Source of the DNA: Ignavibacteriota bacterium
Lineage (GTDB): Bacteria; Bacteroidota; Ignavibacteria; UBA10030; UBA6906
Direction of reading: 5' to 3'
Assembly (NCBI GenBank): GCA_963702445.1
Contig: CAVPCZ010000003.1
Coordinates: 512,254-576,253 of the forward strand
DNA length: 64,000 nt
Positions within the stretch are counted from its first letter, which is position 1; the number at the start of each line of letters is the position of its first letter. The notes under the pieces are model-generated. The model had not been told where the DNA came from and did no database searches. It saw only the letters and a program-made list of their open reading frames with translations. Positions 10,144 through 20,582 of this stretch are shown one piece after another. The translations under genes were made by a program, and so were the position numbers.

Positions 10144-10887
10144 ATGAACAGCTGGACCTCCCGTCTCATCCTTGCGAATGTGGTGATGTTCATCCTCACC
10201 AATCTCCAGCCCGGCATCACCGTGCACCTGATGTTCGTTCCGGCGCGGCTACTGGAACAGCCGTGGACACTTTTCACGTATATGTTCCTGCATGACGGGA
10301 CGTTTCACATCCTGTTCAACATGCTCGGACTCTTCTTCTTCGGTCCGCGACTGGAGGAGGAGCTCGGCAGCCGGGATTTTCTGCTTCTGTATTTCATCAG
10401 CGGAATCACCGGAGGGCTGCTCTCCTTCATCACCCCCGGCGTGGCCATCGTCGGAGCGTCGGCGGCGGTGTACGGAATATTCCTTGCCTTCGCCATGATC
10501 TGGCCGCGCGAACAACTGTTGATCTGGGGGATTGTGCCGGTGGAAGCTCGCTATCTGGTGGTCATCATGACCGCGCTCTCCCTGTTCGGCGGGTTGAGCG
10601 GGGGAGGGAACATCGCTCACTTCGCCCACCTTGGAGGTTTTCTGGGCGGATTCGCCTATCTGAGATTCAGGAGCCGGCACTCTCCCCTGCGCCGGTTTCA
10701 GGAGCGTGCCGCTCCGCTCCCGGTGAAGCGTCCGGATATTGAACGCGCCCGCCGGATCGACCGCTCGGCACTACACGAAGTGAACCGGACCGAACTGGAT
10801 CGTATCCTGGCGAAGATCGATGTCCAGGGGATAGGGAGTCTGACTTCTTCCGAGCTGCAATTTCTTGATCGATTCAGTGCGTTATGA
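10144..10887 (+). CDS. rhomboid family intramembrane serine protease
   Basis: Start chosen at MNSWTSRLILANVVMF (ATG 10144) inside track ORF 9970..10887. Has ..HDGTFHILFNM.., the catalytic GASAAVYG motif and ..AHLGGFLGG... Confidence 0.9.
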   Translation: MNSWTSRLILANVVMFILTNLQPGITVHLMFVPARLLEQPWTLFTYMFLHDGTFHILFNMLGLFFFGPRLEEELGSRDFLLLYFISGITGGLLSFITPGVAIVGASAAVYGIFLAFAMIWPREQLLIWGIVPVEARYLVVIMTALSLFGGLSGGGNIAHFAHLGGFLGGFAYLRFRSRHSPLRRFQERAAPLPVKRPDIERARRIDRSALHEVNRTELDRILAKIDVQGIGSLTSSELQFLDRFSAL

Positions 10888-11036
10888 CCTCCCGGGGAAC
10901 GCATGCCCGCGGCCTTCCCGTCCCTGCAAACATCTTTTCGATCTTTGCGGGAGCGGGAGTCTCCACGGAAGAGATCCACGACCGGGCCGCCACGCTGCGG
11001 CTCCCGGTAGAATTGGTACAACAGAGGAGAACACTC

Positions 11037-12076
11037 ATGACTCGGATCGGTATGCGATTACCCGCCTTCGCGGGACGTCTGGCTGCACTGGCCATCCTCA
11101 CGGGGGGAGCGCACGCGGGTTTCGGGCAGGGTCTATGGGACACGTTTTCCAGCGATTATACTGCGAACTGTCTGGCCTGGACACATCACCGCGACAACCC
11201 CGTGATTTCGCCTTCCGGATCGACCTGGAAGGGTCGGTGGACGGCAAATCCGGAAATCCTCCAACTCGACAAACGGATGTTGCTATACTACCGGGGCAAC
11301 GGCGTGATCCCGGGCGAAGCAAAGGGATATCATGACCGGATCGGCGTTGCCGAGCTGACTGCCATCGGTCCGGAACAGCTCGGATTCCACGACCTGAACA
11401 ACGGCAGTCCTGTGGTGAACATCGGGAAGGAGGGAGACTTCGACGGGGAGAATGTTCTCGATCCTGCTGCGGTCGAATTCAAAGGGGAGGTGCTTCTCTA
11501 CTACTCCGCGATCGGCAAGGGACCCAACAGCATCGGTCTGGCCGCGAGTGCCGATGGCGAGCGATTCAAGAAAATCGGAAAGGTCCTGGAAGGCCGATCA
11601 CCCGACGCAATCGTCAACGGCGATACACTCTTCCTGTGTTACCAGAAGCGCACCGATGAAGGGTACAGCGTGTATATGGCGTACTCTCTTGACGGCCGGA
11701 CCTTCTCCCCCGTGGGAACATCGCCGGTATTTGCCGGCCAGGCAGAAGCACTGGGACGCCAGATCCATAACCACCCCCCGCTCTTCAAAGGGGGGGGATT
11801 GGTACTACATGGTGTACGGGGGAAGCGCCGATTTCGTGGATGAACCGGAGTACTTCGGCCTGGCACGCTCCAGGGACCTGCGGAATTGGGAACGCCACCC
11901 CGGCAATCCGGTGTTCGGTGCCGGTGCCCGCGCAACCGCTGACGGCGGGGCAATCCGGTTTCCGGCGATCATCGATGTCGGGCAACTATGCGGTGATGCT
12001 GTACGAGGGGAGCCGCGGGAGGTACAGCTGGGATCTCCAATCGTCCATCTGCATGGCGTGGATAGCCAAAAGGTAA
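11037..12076 (+). CDS. five-bladed beta-propeller glycosidase-like protein (GH43/GH130/DUF377 superfamily), signal peptide; 2 or more frameshifts
   Basis: AGGAGA lies 7 nt before ATG 11037 and the signal peptide is MTRIGMRLPAFAGRLAALAILTGGAHA. ORFs 10884..11843, 11452..12399 and 11840..12076 join (..VFAGQAE / WDARSITTPR.FKGGDWYYMVYGG..IIDVG / NYAVMLYEGSRG..*). Switches lie at about 11750-11797 (C6 and G8 runs) and about 11980. Confidence 0.7.
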
Positions 12077-12094
12077 CCCCATGCGAGCATCACG

Positions 12095-13033
12095 ATGAAA
12101 TTTCTCCATACGCCGAGAGCAACCGCCGCGCTGTGCTGGATCTCTGGGCGCGCGCACTGCCGCTGGACGCCGTCACCGAAGCCGCTTTCGAGACGCGCGT
12201 CCTCCTGGATGACAACTTCGATCCTTCAACGTTTCTCCTGGCCCATGACGGACCCCGGCTTGCGGGTTTTGTTCTCGGCATATATCCCCGGCGCCTGCCC
12301 ATGGGAGACGCGGATCCTGACGGCACGCGGGCATGGATCACCGCCCTGGGCGTCGATCCCTCCGGTGTTCTTCCGGAAATTGCCGGGAGTACTGCTTGAC
12401 ACGCTTGAAGGACAATTCAGGTCTCTGGGGAAACGTGATATTCTTGTCTCGACGTATCCTCCCGGGTACTTCACCCCGGGGATCGACCGGGACGCATACC
12501 GTCCGCTCCTGGGCCTCCTGGTGTCCCGCGGCTATGTCGAGATCAGGCAAGCACTCAGCATGGATGCCCCGATCGTTCTTCTCCAGGTTCCGGAGAGCGT
12601 GATCGCGCTCGAAGCACGGTTGCATACAGACGGCATCACCGTACGCCCGTACCAGCGGACGGACCTGCTGGATTTCCTCGGTTTTCTGGAACAGACCATG
12701 CCCACTGACTGGGTGCGTGTGGAGCGGGCCAACCTCAAGAAAATTTCTTCGGGCACATTTTCCGCCGAACATATCACGGTTGTCACCCATGCCGGGAACA
12801 TCATCGGCTACTGTCAATTTGAAGGATCCCACTTCGGGCCGTTCGGCGTCAGCGAAGCGTATCAGGGGCGGGGCATCGGGACGGTGTTGCTCGCGCGAAC
12901 GCTCGAACGGATGAGGCACCACGGCTACCATGACGCCTGGGTGATGTGGACGGACGACAAGGCGGCGAAGCTCTACAGGAAGTTCGGCTTCAGGGAAACA
13001 CGGCGGTTTTCCATCCTCCGGAAGGAGCTCTAG
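12095..13033 (+). CDS. two-domain GNAT family N-acetyltransferase; 2 frameshifts
   Basis: ATG 12095 followed by A3; one missing A would give MKISPYAESNRRAVLDLWARALPLD... A second switch lies at about 12365. The C-terminal GNAT core reads ..GYCQFEGSHFGPFGVSEAYQGRGIGTVLLARTLERM... Confidence 0.75.
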   Translation: MKFLHTPRATAALCWISGRAHCRWTPSPKPLSRRASSWMTTSILQRFSWPMTDPGLRVLFSAYIPGACPWETRILTARGHGSPPWASIPPVFFRKLPGVLLDTLEGQFRSLGKRDILVSTYPPGYFTPGIDRDAYRPLLGLLVSRGYVEIRQALSMDAPIVLLQVPESVIALEARLHTDGITVRPYQRTDLLDFLGFLEQTMPTDWVRVERANLKKISSGTFSAEHITVVTHAGNIIGYCQFEGSHFGPFGVSEAYQGRGIGTVLLARTLERMRHHGYHDAWVMWTDDKAAKLYRKFGFRETRRFSILRKEL

Positions 13034-13035
13034 CC

Positions 13036-13734
13036 ATGGAACCCAGGACCATTCTGGCTGTCGGTGCGCACGCGGGTGATATGGAAGTGTCCTGCGGGGC
13101 GGTGCTGGCAAAGCATGCCAGGCAGGGGGATCGCGTGGTGTTGCTGCACATGACTCCCGGCGAAGGGGGCAACCCGAAGCTCTCTCCCGCGGCATACGGC
13201 GAGCAGAAGATCCGCGAGGCGCATGCCGTCGCGGAAGCCATGCACGCGGAAATCCGGTTTGGTCCGTACCGCGACGGTGAACTTCCGCTCGATGACGAGG
13301 CCCGGTTGTTCGTTGCAGGTGTGATACGGGAAGTGAAACCGACGCACATTGTCACCCACTGGCGATCCAGCATCCACAAAGATCACGCCGCAACGCATAC
13401 GCTCGTACTGGATGGCGTTTTGCTGGCATCCCTGGAGTCCGTGCAGACCCCGCACGAACGGCACCGCGGCGTGCAGGCGATCCACTTCACCGAAAACTGG
13501 GAGGATCCGGAAGGATTCACCCCGTATCTGTTCGTGGATGTGAGCGACGAGCTTGACGAATGGCGCTCCTGGATCGTGCGGTATGCATTCATCGGGGGCG
13601 GCATTTCCTCCTTCCCGTATCTCGACTATTATACCGCCCTGGCACGGGTCCGCGGCGCGGTGGCCGGAGTACGGTATGCCGTCGCGTTTGCAGTCGATCC
13701 GTTCGACATGAAACGGGTAGTCGAGCTTCTCTAG
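13036..13734 (+). CDS. PIG-L/LmbE family N-acetylglucosaminyl deacetylase
   Basis: Start at MEPRTILAVGAHAGDMEVSCGAVLAKH (ATG 13036) within ORF 12946..13734. LmbE-type AHxDD-like motif and ..THWRSSIHKDH... Confidence 0.85.
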   Translation: MEPRTILAVGAHAGDMEVSCGAVLAKHARQGDRVVLLHMTPGEGGNPKLSPAAYGEQKIREAHAVAEAMHAEIRFGPYRDGELPLDDEARLFVAGVIREVKPTHIVTHWRSSIHKDHAATHTLVLDGVLLASLESVQTPHERHRGVQAIHFTENWEDPEGFTPYLFVDVSDELDEWRSWIVRYAFIGGGISSFPYLDYYTALARVRGAVAGVRYAVAFAVDPFDMKRVVELL

Positions 13735-13767
13735 AGGCGCCGGTGTAAGACCGGAAGAGAAAGACCC

Positions 13768-15522
13768 ATGACGAAATCTTTCGGTGTTCTCCTGCTGGTG
13801 CTCGTGTGTACCGGCGGAGCCGCGCGACCCCGGACGGTGCCGGTCACCGTTCAGGCGCAGCTGGCACATCATCCCATTAACCCGCTTCTGTACGGCATCA
13901 ACACCGCCCGCTGGGACGAATCCCTGTTTCCGGAGCGTGCGGAGGAGATGCTGCTCTCCTGTGACCGGGATGCCATAGCGAAGATCCAGGCTTCAGGTGT
14001 CACCCTGTTGAAATACCCTGGAGGGAACGACGCCGATGCATATGTCTGGAACGCGCCGGAGCAACAATCCCGCCGAAATGGATACGGACGAATATCTCGC
14101 CCTCTGCCGGGCGGTGGGGGCGGAACCGTTCATCACGATCAACTTCAACGCTTCTCCACAGCTCGCCGCCGACTGGGTGCGTTACTGCAACCGGGAACGC
14201 GGATACAACGTGAAGTACTGGGAGGTGGGGGACGAGCAGTGGGGAACCTGGGCCAAAGGTCATGCGCCACCGGAGGTCTATGCGAAGAAATACCTGACGT
14301 TTGTCAGGGCGATGAAGGCTGTTGATCCGGCGATCAAGGTTGCCACAAATGTGCCCCTGGGGCCCCATCCGGAGCAATGGACCGCGCGCGTATTGAAGGC
14401 GGCCGGGCGGCATGTGGATCTGATCACGTTCACGTTCTATCCGCAGCAGTGGGGGAAGGAAGATGATGATTCCCTCCTCGCCAGCGTCGACGTGTACCGG
14501 CGCCAGTTCCTGGATCTCCGGCGCGAGGTTGTGCAGGCCCTGGGTGTCCCGCGCGGCCGGTCGATCTGGCTGGTCAACGTGGGGTACAATTCGGTGAATC
14601 ATTCGCCCGGTCCGCAGACACTCCGGATGGTCAACGCCCTCTGGACGGCGGAGATGCTGGGAACCATGGCGGAGACGGGGACCGATGTGGCATGTTACTG
14701 GGCGATCCATAATGCTTTTCCCCGCGGAAGGGGGATTACGGCTATCTCTCTTCAGAAGGAACAAACACACCGAGCATGACATACCGCGTATTCCCGATGC
14801 TGGCTCCGCGATTCCGCGGCGTGGCCGTCAGGACAGGATCGGGAGACCCGCGCGTGCGGGCCTATGCTTCGAAAAACGGCAAGGCTCTGACACTGGTGCT
14901 GGTCAATCGTGATGACACGCAGTCGATACCCGTTTCGGTCCGGTATGAGGGATTCGTGCCGAAATCCGAAGGCGTGTTGACAATCCTCGATCCGCGCACC
15001 TCGCCGGCGACGGAGACCACCTCCACGGCTGTGACGGATCCCTTCTCGTTCCAACTGCCGTCCTCCTCGTTGAGCGTGGTGGAACTGGTCGCGGCGGATT
15101 CCATTGCCCCCCCGGCCAATCTGGCCCTGCGCGCGTCGGCGAGCGCTTCCTCTTTCTCGGTCATCGGACCGCAATTCGGTCCGGCAAGCGCCGCCGACGG
15201 GAAATCGCACACGCGATGGTGTTCGGCGGCATGGACGAAGTCCAACGGGGACGAAGCACAATGGCTCCAGCTGGCATGGACGGTCCCGCAGGAGGTTCAC
15301 CGGGTGCGCATATGCTGGGGTGAAACCTGGGCCACGCACTACCGGCTCGAAGTGTCGCCCGATGCGGAGACCTGGGATATCGCAGGGGAAGTGACGGGGG
15401 GGAAGGGCGGGACCGAGGAGTTCACGTGGGCCCCGCGCATCTGCCGCTATATCCGGCTGAACGGCATCCGGGGCACAAAGGGGATTTCCGCGTATGCGGT
15501 GAAGGAGATGGAGGTGTATTGA
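13768..15522 (+). CDS. secreted clan GH-A-like glycoside hydrolase with C-terminal F5/8 type C (discoidin/CBM32-like) domain; 2 frameshifts
   Basis: ORFs 13768..14325, 14036..14779 and 14776..15522 join near 14058 and 14725 (T4/C4/G5 runs). Has a signal peptide, ..KYPGGNDADAYVWN.., ..EPFITINF.., ..KYWEVGDEQWG.., and the discoidin tail ..SHTRWCSAAW..QWLQLAW..HRVRICWGETWATHYRLEVS... Confidence 0.75.
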
Positions 15523-17008
15523 ATGAACTTTCACCTGCTGGACTGGATCATACTTGTTCTCTACCTCGCCGCATCGGTGTTCATCGGCCTGCGGGCCCGG
15601 AGATACGTCGAGAACATGGAAGGATACCTGATCGCCGGGCGGCGCGTGGGTGTTGCACTGGGTTCTGCGACGCTGATGGCCACGGAAATCGGCATCGTCA
15701 CATTCATGTATATGGGGGAGCTGGGATACATGACGGGCTTCTCCTGTTTTATCCTGGGCATCATCGGGCTGCTGGGCTACGTGGTCATCGGCAGAACAGG
15801 TTTCATCGTTTCGGCGATGCGGCGGCTGCGCGTGATCACGATTCCCGAATTCTATGAACTCCGGTACGGACGCGGCGTACGCCTGCTGGGAGGAAGCATT
15901 CTTTTCCTCGGCGGCGTTCTGAACATGGGGATTTTCCTGAAGTTCGACGGCATCTTCCTGACCGAAGCCATCGGGCTCCCTCCGGATCTCCTGGCCGTCG
16001 TGATGGTGGTCGTGCTGATTATTGTCGTGTGCTATACAATTCTGGGGGGCATGTTCTCGGTGATTATCACCGACTTTATGCAGTTTATCGTGCTGATCAT
16101 CGGGATGCTCGTGGCGACCATTGCGGTGCTGGTACACGTGAGTCTGGCGGATATCGCCTCGGTGGTGTCACAACGGTTTGGTGAGGCGGGCGTAAATCCG
16201 CTCGTGCAGGAACGTTTCGGGCCGGTGTTCATCGTCTGGATCCTTGATTGCGACCGTCGCGACGTCGGCCCTCTGGCAGCCGGCAACGTCCAGGGCGCTG
16301 GCCTCCGACAGTCCCGAAACAGGCCGGAAGCTGTTTCTGTACACGGGATTGACGCTGGCCGGGCGCTCCATGATCCCGATGTTCTGGGGTGTGGCGGCGC
16401 TGGCGATGCTGGGACCGGACGTCGTGCCTTCGGCAGCCATGCCGCGTCTCCTGGGCATGGTGGTCCCCACGGGATTCCTGGGTCTGATGATTGCCGGGAT
16501 GCTTGCAGCATCGATGTCAACGTACAGCTCCTATATGCTGGCATGGAGCTCAGTGGCGACACGCGACATCATTGCGCCGTTGTGCAGAAACGGGCTGTCG
16601 GAATCCAGCACGATTCTCTTCACACGGATCATCGCATTGCTTATCGGGATATTCCTGCTGATCTTCGGGTTGCTGTACGAGATTCCTGCGACGGCATTTC
16701 AGTATCTCGCGCTCACCGGTGCGATATACGGTGCCGGAGCGCTGGGGTGTGCGGCGGGCGGGCTGTACTGGAAGAAGGCGAATCGTGTCGGTGCGTATGC
16801 CTCGCTGGTGATGGGTGCGCTGGCGCCGCTCGCGTTCCTTATCCTCACGTCCGTACGGGAGTCGTTGCCGGGCTGGATGATCTTCCTCACGGATGTGAAT
16901 GTCTCCGGTTTCCTGAGCTTCGTGCTGGCGGCGGGAGGGATGATCTTGGGTTCGCTTCTCACACAGCGTTCGCATCCGCCCGTGATGCTGGTGTACCCAT
17001 CGGCGTGA
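15523..17008 (+). CDS. sodium:solute symporter (SSS) family transporter; one frameshift
   Basis: ORFs 15523..17028 and 16244..17008 join near 16243 (..FGPVFIVWIL / IATVATSALWQPATSRALAS..). Typical SSS N-terminus ..YLIAGRRVGVALGSATLMATEIG... Confidence 0.85.
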
Positions 17009-17052
17009 GGCGGGTCCCGCCGCAATGATCCCGCGTAACATGCCCGCAGGAC

Positions 17053-18323
17053 CTACCGCGCCATGCCGGCTCTCCGCCGTTCCTCCTGCGTCAGCTCGAA
17101 CACCTTCCGGAATACCTTCTCCTCCACGCCGGACATCACCGTGTTGCGGCGTGCCATGACACGGCGGGCGACGTCCAGACTCCGTTCGAGGTCGTAGACG
17201 CTCATTTCTTCGGCGCCGCCCCAGGCGAAGGAGGGGATGCTCTTTGGGGGGAATCCGGCCCCGAACACATTGCTGGAGAAGCCCACGACGGTTCCGGTGT
17301 TGAACATCGTATTGATCGCGCTTTTCGAGTGATCGCCCATAAACAGACCCGCGAAAACCGAACCGCTGTCCACCTGTTCCCCGTTGATGGCCACCCGCAC
17401 ATGTCCGTAGTTGTTCTTGAGGTCGCTGTTGTTCGTGTCGGCCCCGAGGTTCACCCACATGCCCAGGTAGGAGTGTCCCAGGAATCCATCGTGTTGCTTG
17501 TTCGAAAAGCCGTGCACGATGGAGGATTCCACCTCGCCGCCGACCTTGCACACCGGACCGATACTCGTGCACTCGTAGATTTTCGCTCCGGCCTTGATCC
17601 TGGATCCTTCCCCGACGCACGCAGGGCCTTCGATCGTCACATGGGGAAAGATGAGCGCATCCTTTTCGATGGCGATGGGACCCTGTTCGGCGTCGAGCAC
17701 CACGCCGGGTTTCACGGTGGCTCCCTCTTCGATGAAGATCATATCCGGATTGACCAGATACACGCCCTCATGGACATGTCCCGCGGCTTTCTTCTGGATC
17801 CCTGCAGTGCGCAGACGGAAATCGGCGGCGATCTCCCGCCGTTCGCGTTGACCAGGTCCCACGGCTAGGTGATGATCTTCACCTGCACCTCCCGCCGCGG
17901 GATGCCGTCGAAGTCGGCGGTGCGGGGGACATCGGGCAGACCCCTTCGCAGCCGGTCCATGGTGCTTCCGCTCACGCGTGCGGCGACAAGGGTGTCGCCC
18001 TGGACATAGACCGTGTCCTCGCCCTGGAGGGGAATCTGCGCGATGAGAGATTCATCGGCGATCACGCGTCCGTTGAGGAAGAGACAGCTCGCGGCCGGCA
18101 TCGTGTTGACGGGGATGCCGGGATTCTGCTGGCGCATCAGGTCGCCCAGGTCGTCGCGCGAGCGGAGCGTCTGGGGGACGCCGGGATAGCACCGGACGAG
18201 TTTCTGGCGGAGCGTGGTCATGCCGCACCGGAGTTCGTATGCCGGGCGCATGTACACAAGGGGGAGCAAACGGGTGTAGCCGGGATCTTCAAAGATGCAG
18301 ATGGACTGTGTCATCGTCGTCAC
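17053..18323 (-). CDS. GlmU-family / left-handed beta-helix sugar nucleotidyltransferase-like protein; in-frame TAG plus one frameshift
   Basis: ORFs 17865..18323 and 17053..17862 are one gene: ..REVQVKIIT-TAG-PWDLVNANGG then, after a G-run at about 17833-17835, EIAADFRL... Hexapeptide-repeat body ..GPACVGEGSRIKAGAKIYECTSIGPVCKVGGEVESSIV... Confidence 0.7.
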
Positions 18324-18332
18324 TCCGGTAGA

Positions 18333-19097
18333 TTAGAGCACCCGGGACTCCCAGGTGTCGTTGTACAGGCCCGTCAATTTGGCGGCCGCGTCTTTGTCAA
18401 GAAATGCATATGCTTTCCGGTGCAGCTGGATGATCGAGGCCGGGCACATGGCGGTAATGGGCCCTTCGATTGCGGCCCTGATCGCCTCCGCCTTGGAGGA
18501 TGAGCTTGCCATCAGGAGCAGCTCTTTCGCGTCCATGATTGTTCCGACGCCCATGGTAATGGCGTACTTCGGCACTTCCTCGGAGTTCTTGAAAAAGCGG
18601 GCGTTATCCATCCGTGTCGTGCCGGTCAGCGTTTTGATCCGCGTTCGTGACCCGAGCGACGAACCGGGCTCATTGAAGGCGATATGGCCGTTCGCCCCGA
18701 TGCCGAGCACCTGAACGTCTATGCCGCCGGCTTCCTGAATCCGCTGTTCGTACCAGGCACAGAAGGCATCAAAGTCCCTGGTCATACCCATGGGGATGTG
18801 CACGTACCGGTGATCGATGTTGATATGTTTGAAAAAGTTCTCCTGCATGAAATAGTGATAGCTCTGGTCGTGTTCCGGCGGCAGTCCGACATATTCATCC
18901 AGGTTGAACGTGGTGACTTTGGAGAAGTCCAGTCCCTCTTCCCTGTGCATACGGGCCAGCTCCCGGTACAGTCCCAGCGGTGTACTGCCGGTCGCGAGGC
19001 CCAGGACAAGGTTGGGTTTCTTGCGGAGGCGGTCGGTGATATAGCGTGCGGCCTCCTTGCTCATCTCTTCATAGGAATCCTTGACGATCACCAGCAT
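18333..19097 (-). CDS. nagB: glucosamine-6-phosphate deaminase
   Basis: Start at MLVIVKDSYEEMSKEAA (ATG 19097) with GGAGGAG upstream. Has ..LGLATGSTPLGLY.., ..FNLDEYVGL.. and ..LGIGANGHIAFNEPGS... Confidence 0.93.
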   Translation of the reverse strand: MLVIVKDSYEEMSKEAARYITDRLRKKPNLVLGLATGSTPLGLYRELARMHREEGLDFSKVTTFNLDEYVGLPPEHDQSYHYFMQENFFKHINIDHRYVHIPMGMTRDFDAFCAWYEQRIQEAGGIDVQVLGIGANGHIAFNEPGSSLGSRTRIKTLTGTTRMDNARFFKNSEEVPKYAITMGVGTIMDAKELLLMASSSSKAEAIRAAIEGPITAMCPASIIQLHRKAYAFLDKDAAAKLTGLYNDTWESRVL

Positions 19098-19206
19098 CGG
19101 CGGTCTCCTCCGGGATGTGTTTGCGCGCGCATGGATACCCCGTGAAGCGGCCGGGGTGCATACGCGCTCAAAGGTAGAAAGCCGCATGAAGAAAGGCAAG
19201 CGCGGG

Positions 19207-19235
19207 TTGCGTGTGTGATGCGATTATGCTAAGTT
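19207..19235 (+). promoter_or_regulatory. putative promoter TTGCGT-17-TAAGTT of the permease gene, embedded in an 8-bp inverted repeat
   Basis: -35 at 19207-19212 and -10 at 19230-19235, 9 nt before ATG 19245. The inverted repeat GGTTGCGT (19205-19212) / ACGCAACC (19237-19244) brackets it. Confidence 0.4.
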
Positions 19236-19244
19236 GACGCAACC

Positions 19245-20582
19245 ATGGAAAACACCGCGCCAAAACGGGAGCTGGGACTCCTGCAGACATCCTCACTCGT
19301 TGTGGGGACCGTGATCGGCTCGGGCGTCTTTTTGAGCCTGCCGATCGTTGCCGGGATCGGCGGCACTCCGCTCATGACCGTGCTTATCTGGTTCCTTGGC
19401 GGCGTGATCTGGGTTCCGCAGATTCTCATCCTGGCAGAGATGGGCACCGCCTATCCGATGCAGGGGGGGCCGTACTACTACCTGCACAGGGCGGGGTCCC
19501 CCTTTCTGGCATTCCTCTACACCTGGACGGCCTTCCTCACCAGTGATACTCCGACGTTGACGATTGTGGCGCTGGGAGCGATGTCCGCCCTGAAATTCTT
19601 TTCGCCCGTTTTTGCGGATCCGCTGTATTCACGCCTGATCGCCGCGGCGATGATCATCACGCTGGCCGGGCTCCACTACCGGAGCGTGCGCACCGGCGGC
19701 AACTTCCAGGTTCTTCTGACCGCAGCCAAACTGACACCGCTTCTGGCGATCGTCGCGCTGGGCTTCTTTTTTCTGCGTTCCGGCAATCTCGGCAGCACCG
19801 GTGTGGTCGCCGACGCCGGTACGACGTTGGGGATCATCACGGCGGGCCTCTCTTCGACACTCTGGTCGTACGCCGGATTCGCCAATATTCTCTATATGGC
19901 CGGAGAGGTGAAGCGGCCGGAGCGGACCCTTCCTGTCGCACTTATCGGGTCCCTGCTGTTCATCACCCTGGCTTATACCCTGATCGCCCTGTGCACCTCC
20001 GCGATCGTCCCGTTCGGAGATCTGGTGGCGGCGAAGGGTGATTTTGTGAACCCATTCAGCTACCTGGGTGTCGGGGCGCAGATTGCCGGCGGCGTGTTTG
20101 CGGTCGCGGCGTTTGTATCGATGCTGGGTGTGCTCAACGCCAGCATGATGGCGCAGCCGCGCCTGGAGTATGCGATCGCGCGGGACGGGCTGTTCTTCTC
20201 GGTGTTCGGACATCTGCATCCGCGATTTCTCACGCCGGATTATTCCATCCTGATCCAATCCGGACTTGCGATTGTGCTGTTCCTGCTCGGCGACATCGAA
20301 AACATGCTGGGGTATTTCACGATGTCATACGCCCTGCAAAACGCCCTGATGTACGGGGCTATTTTCTTCCTGCGTGGACGGGAGGATTACCGCCCGACGT
20401 ATCGCTCCCCCCTCTGGCGTGCCATGGCGGCACTGGCGATCCTCACGCAGGGAGTGGTTGCGGTGGGCACGTTTATAGCGTATCCGGCGGGGGGGATCCT
20501 TGCGTCGTTGGTCCTTATTGTGTCAGGACTTCCCATCTATTTCTACTACGCTTCCAGAAAACGTCAACAGCATCCGGCATGA
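19245..20582 (+). CDS. APC superfamily amino acid/polyamine permease
   Basis: 445 aa with about 12 TM helices; N-terminus ..LLQTSSLVVGTVIGSGVFLSLPIVAG.. is typical of APC permeases. Confidence 0.88.
   Translation: MENTAPKRELGLLQTSSLVVGTVIGSGVFLSLPIVAGIGGTPLMTVLIWFLGGVIWVPQILILAEMGTAYPMQGGPYYYLHRAGSPFLAFLYTWTAFLTSDTPTLTIVALGAMSALKFFSPVFADPLYSRLIAAAMIITLAGLHYRSVRTGGNFQVLLTAAKLTPLLAIVALGFFFLRSGNLGSTGVVADAGTTLGIITAGLSSTLWSYAGFANILYMAGEVKRPERTLPVALIGSLLFITLAYTLIALCTSAIVPFGDLVAAKGDFVNPFSYLGVGAQIAGGVFAVAAFVSMLGVLNASMMAQPRLEYAIARDGLFFSVFGHLHPRFLTPDYSILIQSGLAIVLFLLGDIENMLGYFTMSYALQNALMYGAIFFLRGREDYRPTYRSPLWRAMAALAILTQGVVAVGTFIAYPAGGILASLVLIVSGLPIYFYYASRKRQQHPA

Noticed and set aside
12095-13734. Two-domain GNAT plus PIG-L deacetylase as a mycothiol/bacillithiol (MshD/MshB- or BshB-like) thiol biosynthesis pair
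   Set aside because: No glycosyltransferase (MshA/BshA) or ligase (MshC/BshC) is present, and the pair is embedded among secreted glycosidases, a sugar symporter and nagB, so a catabolic sugar-editing role is more parsimonious.
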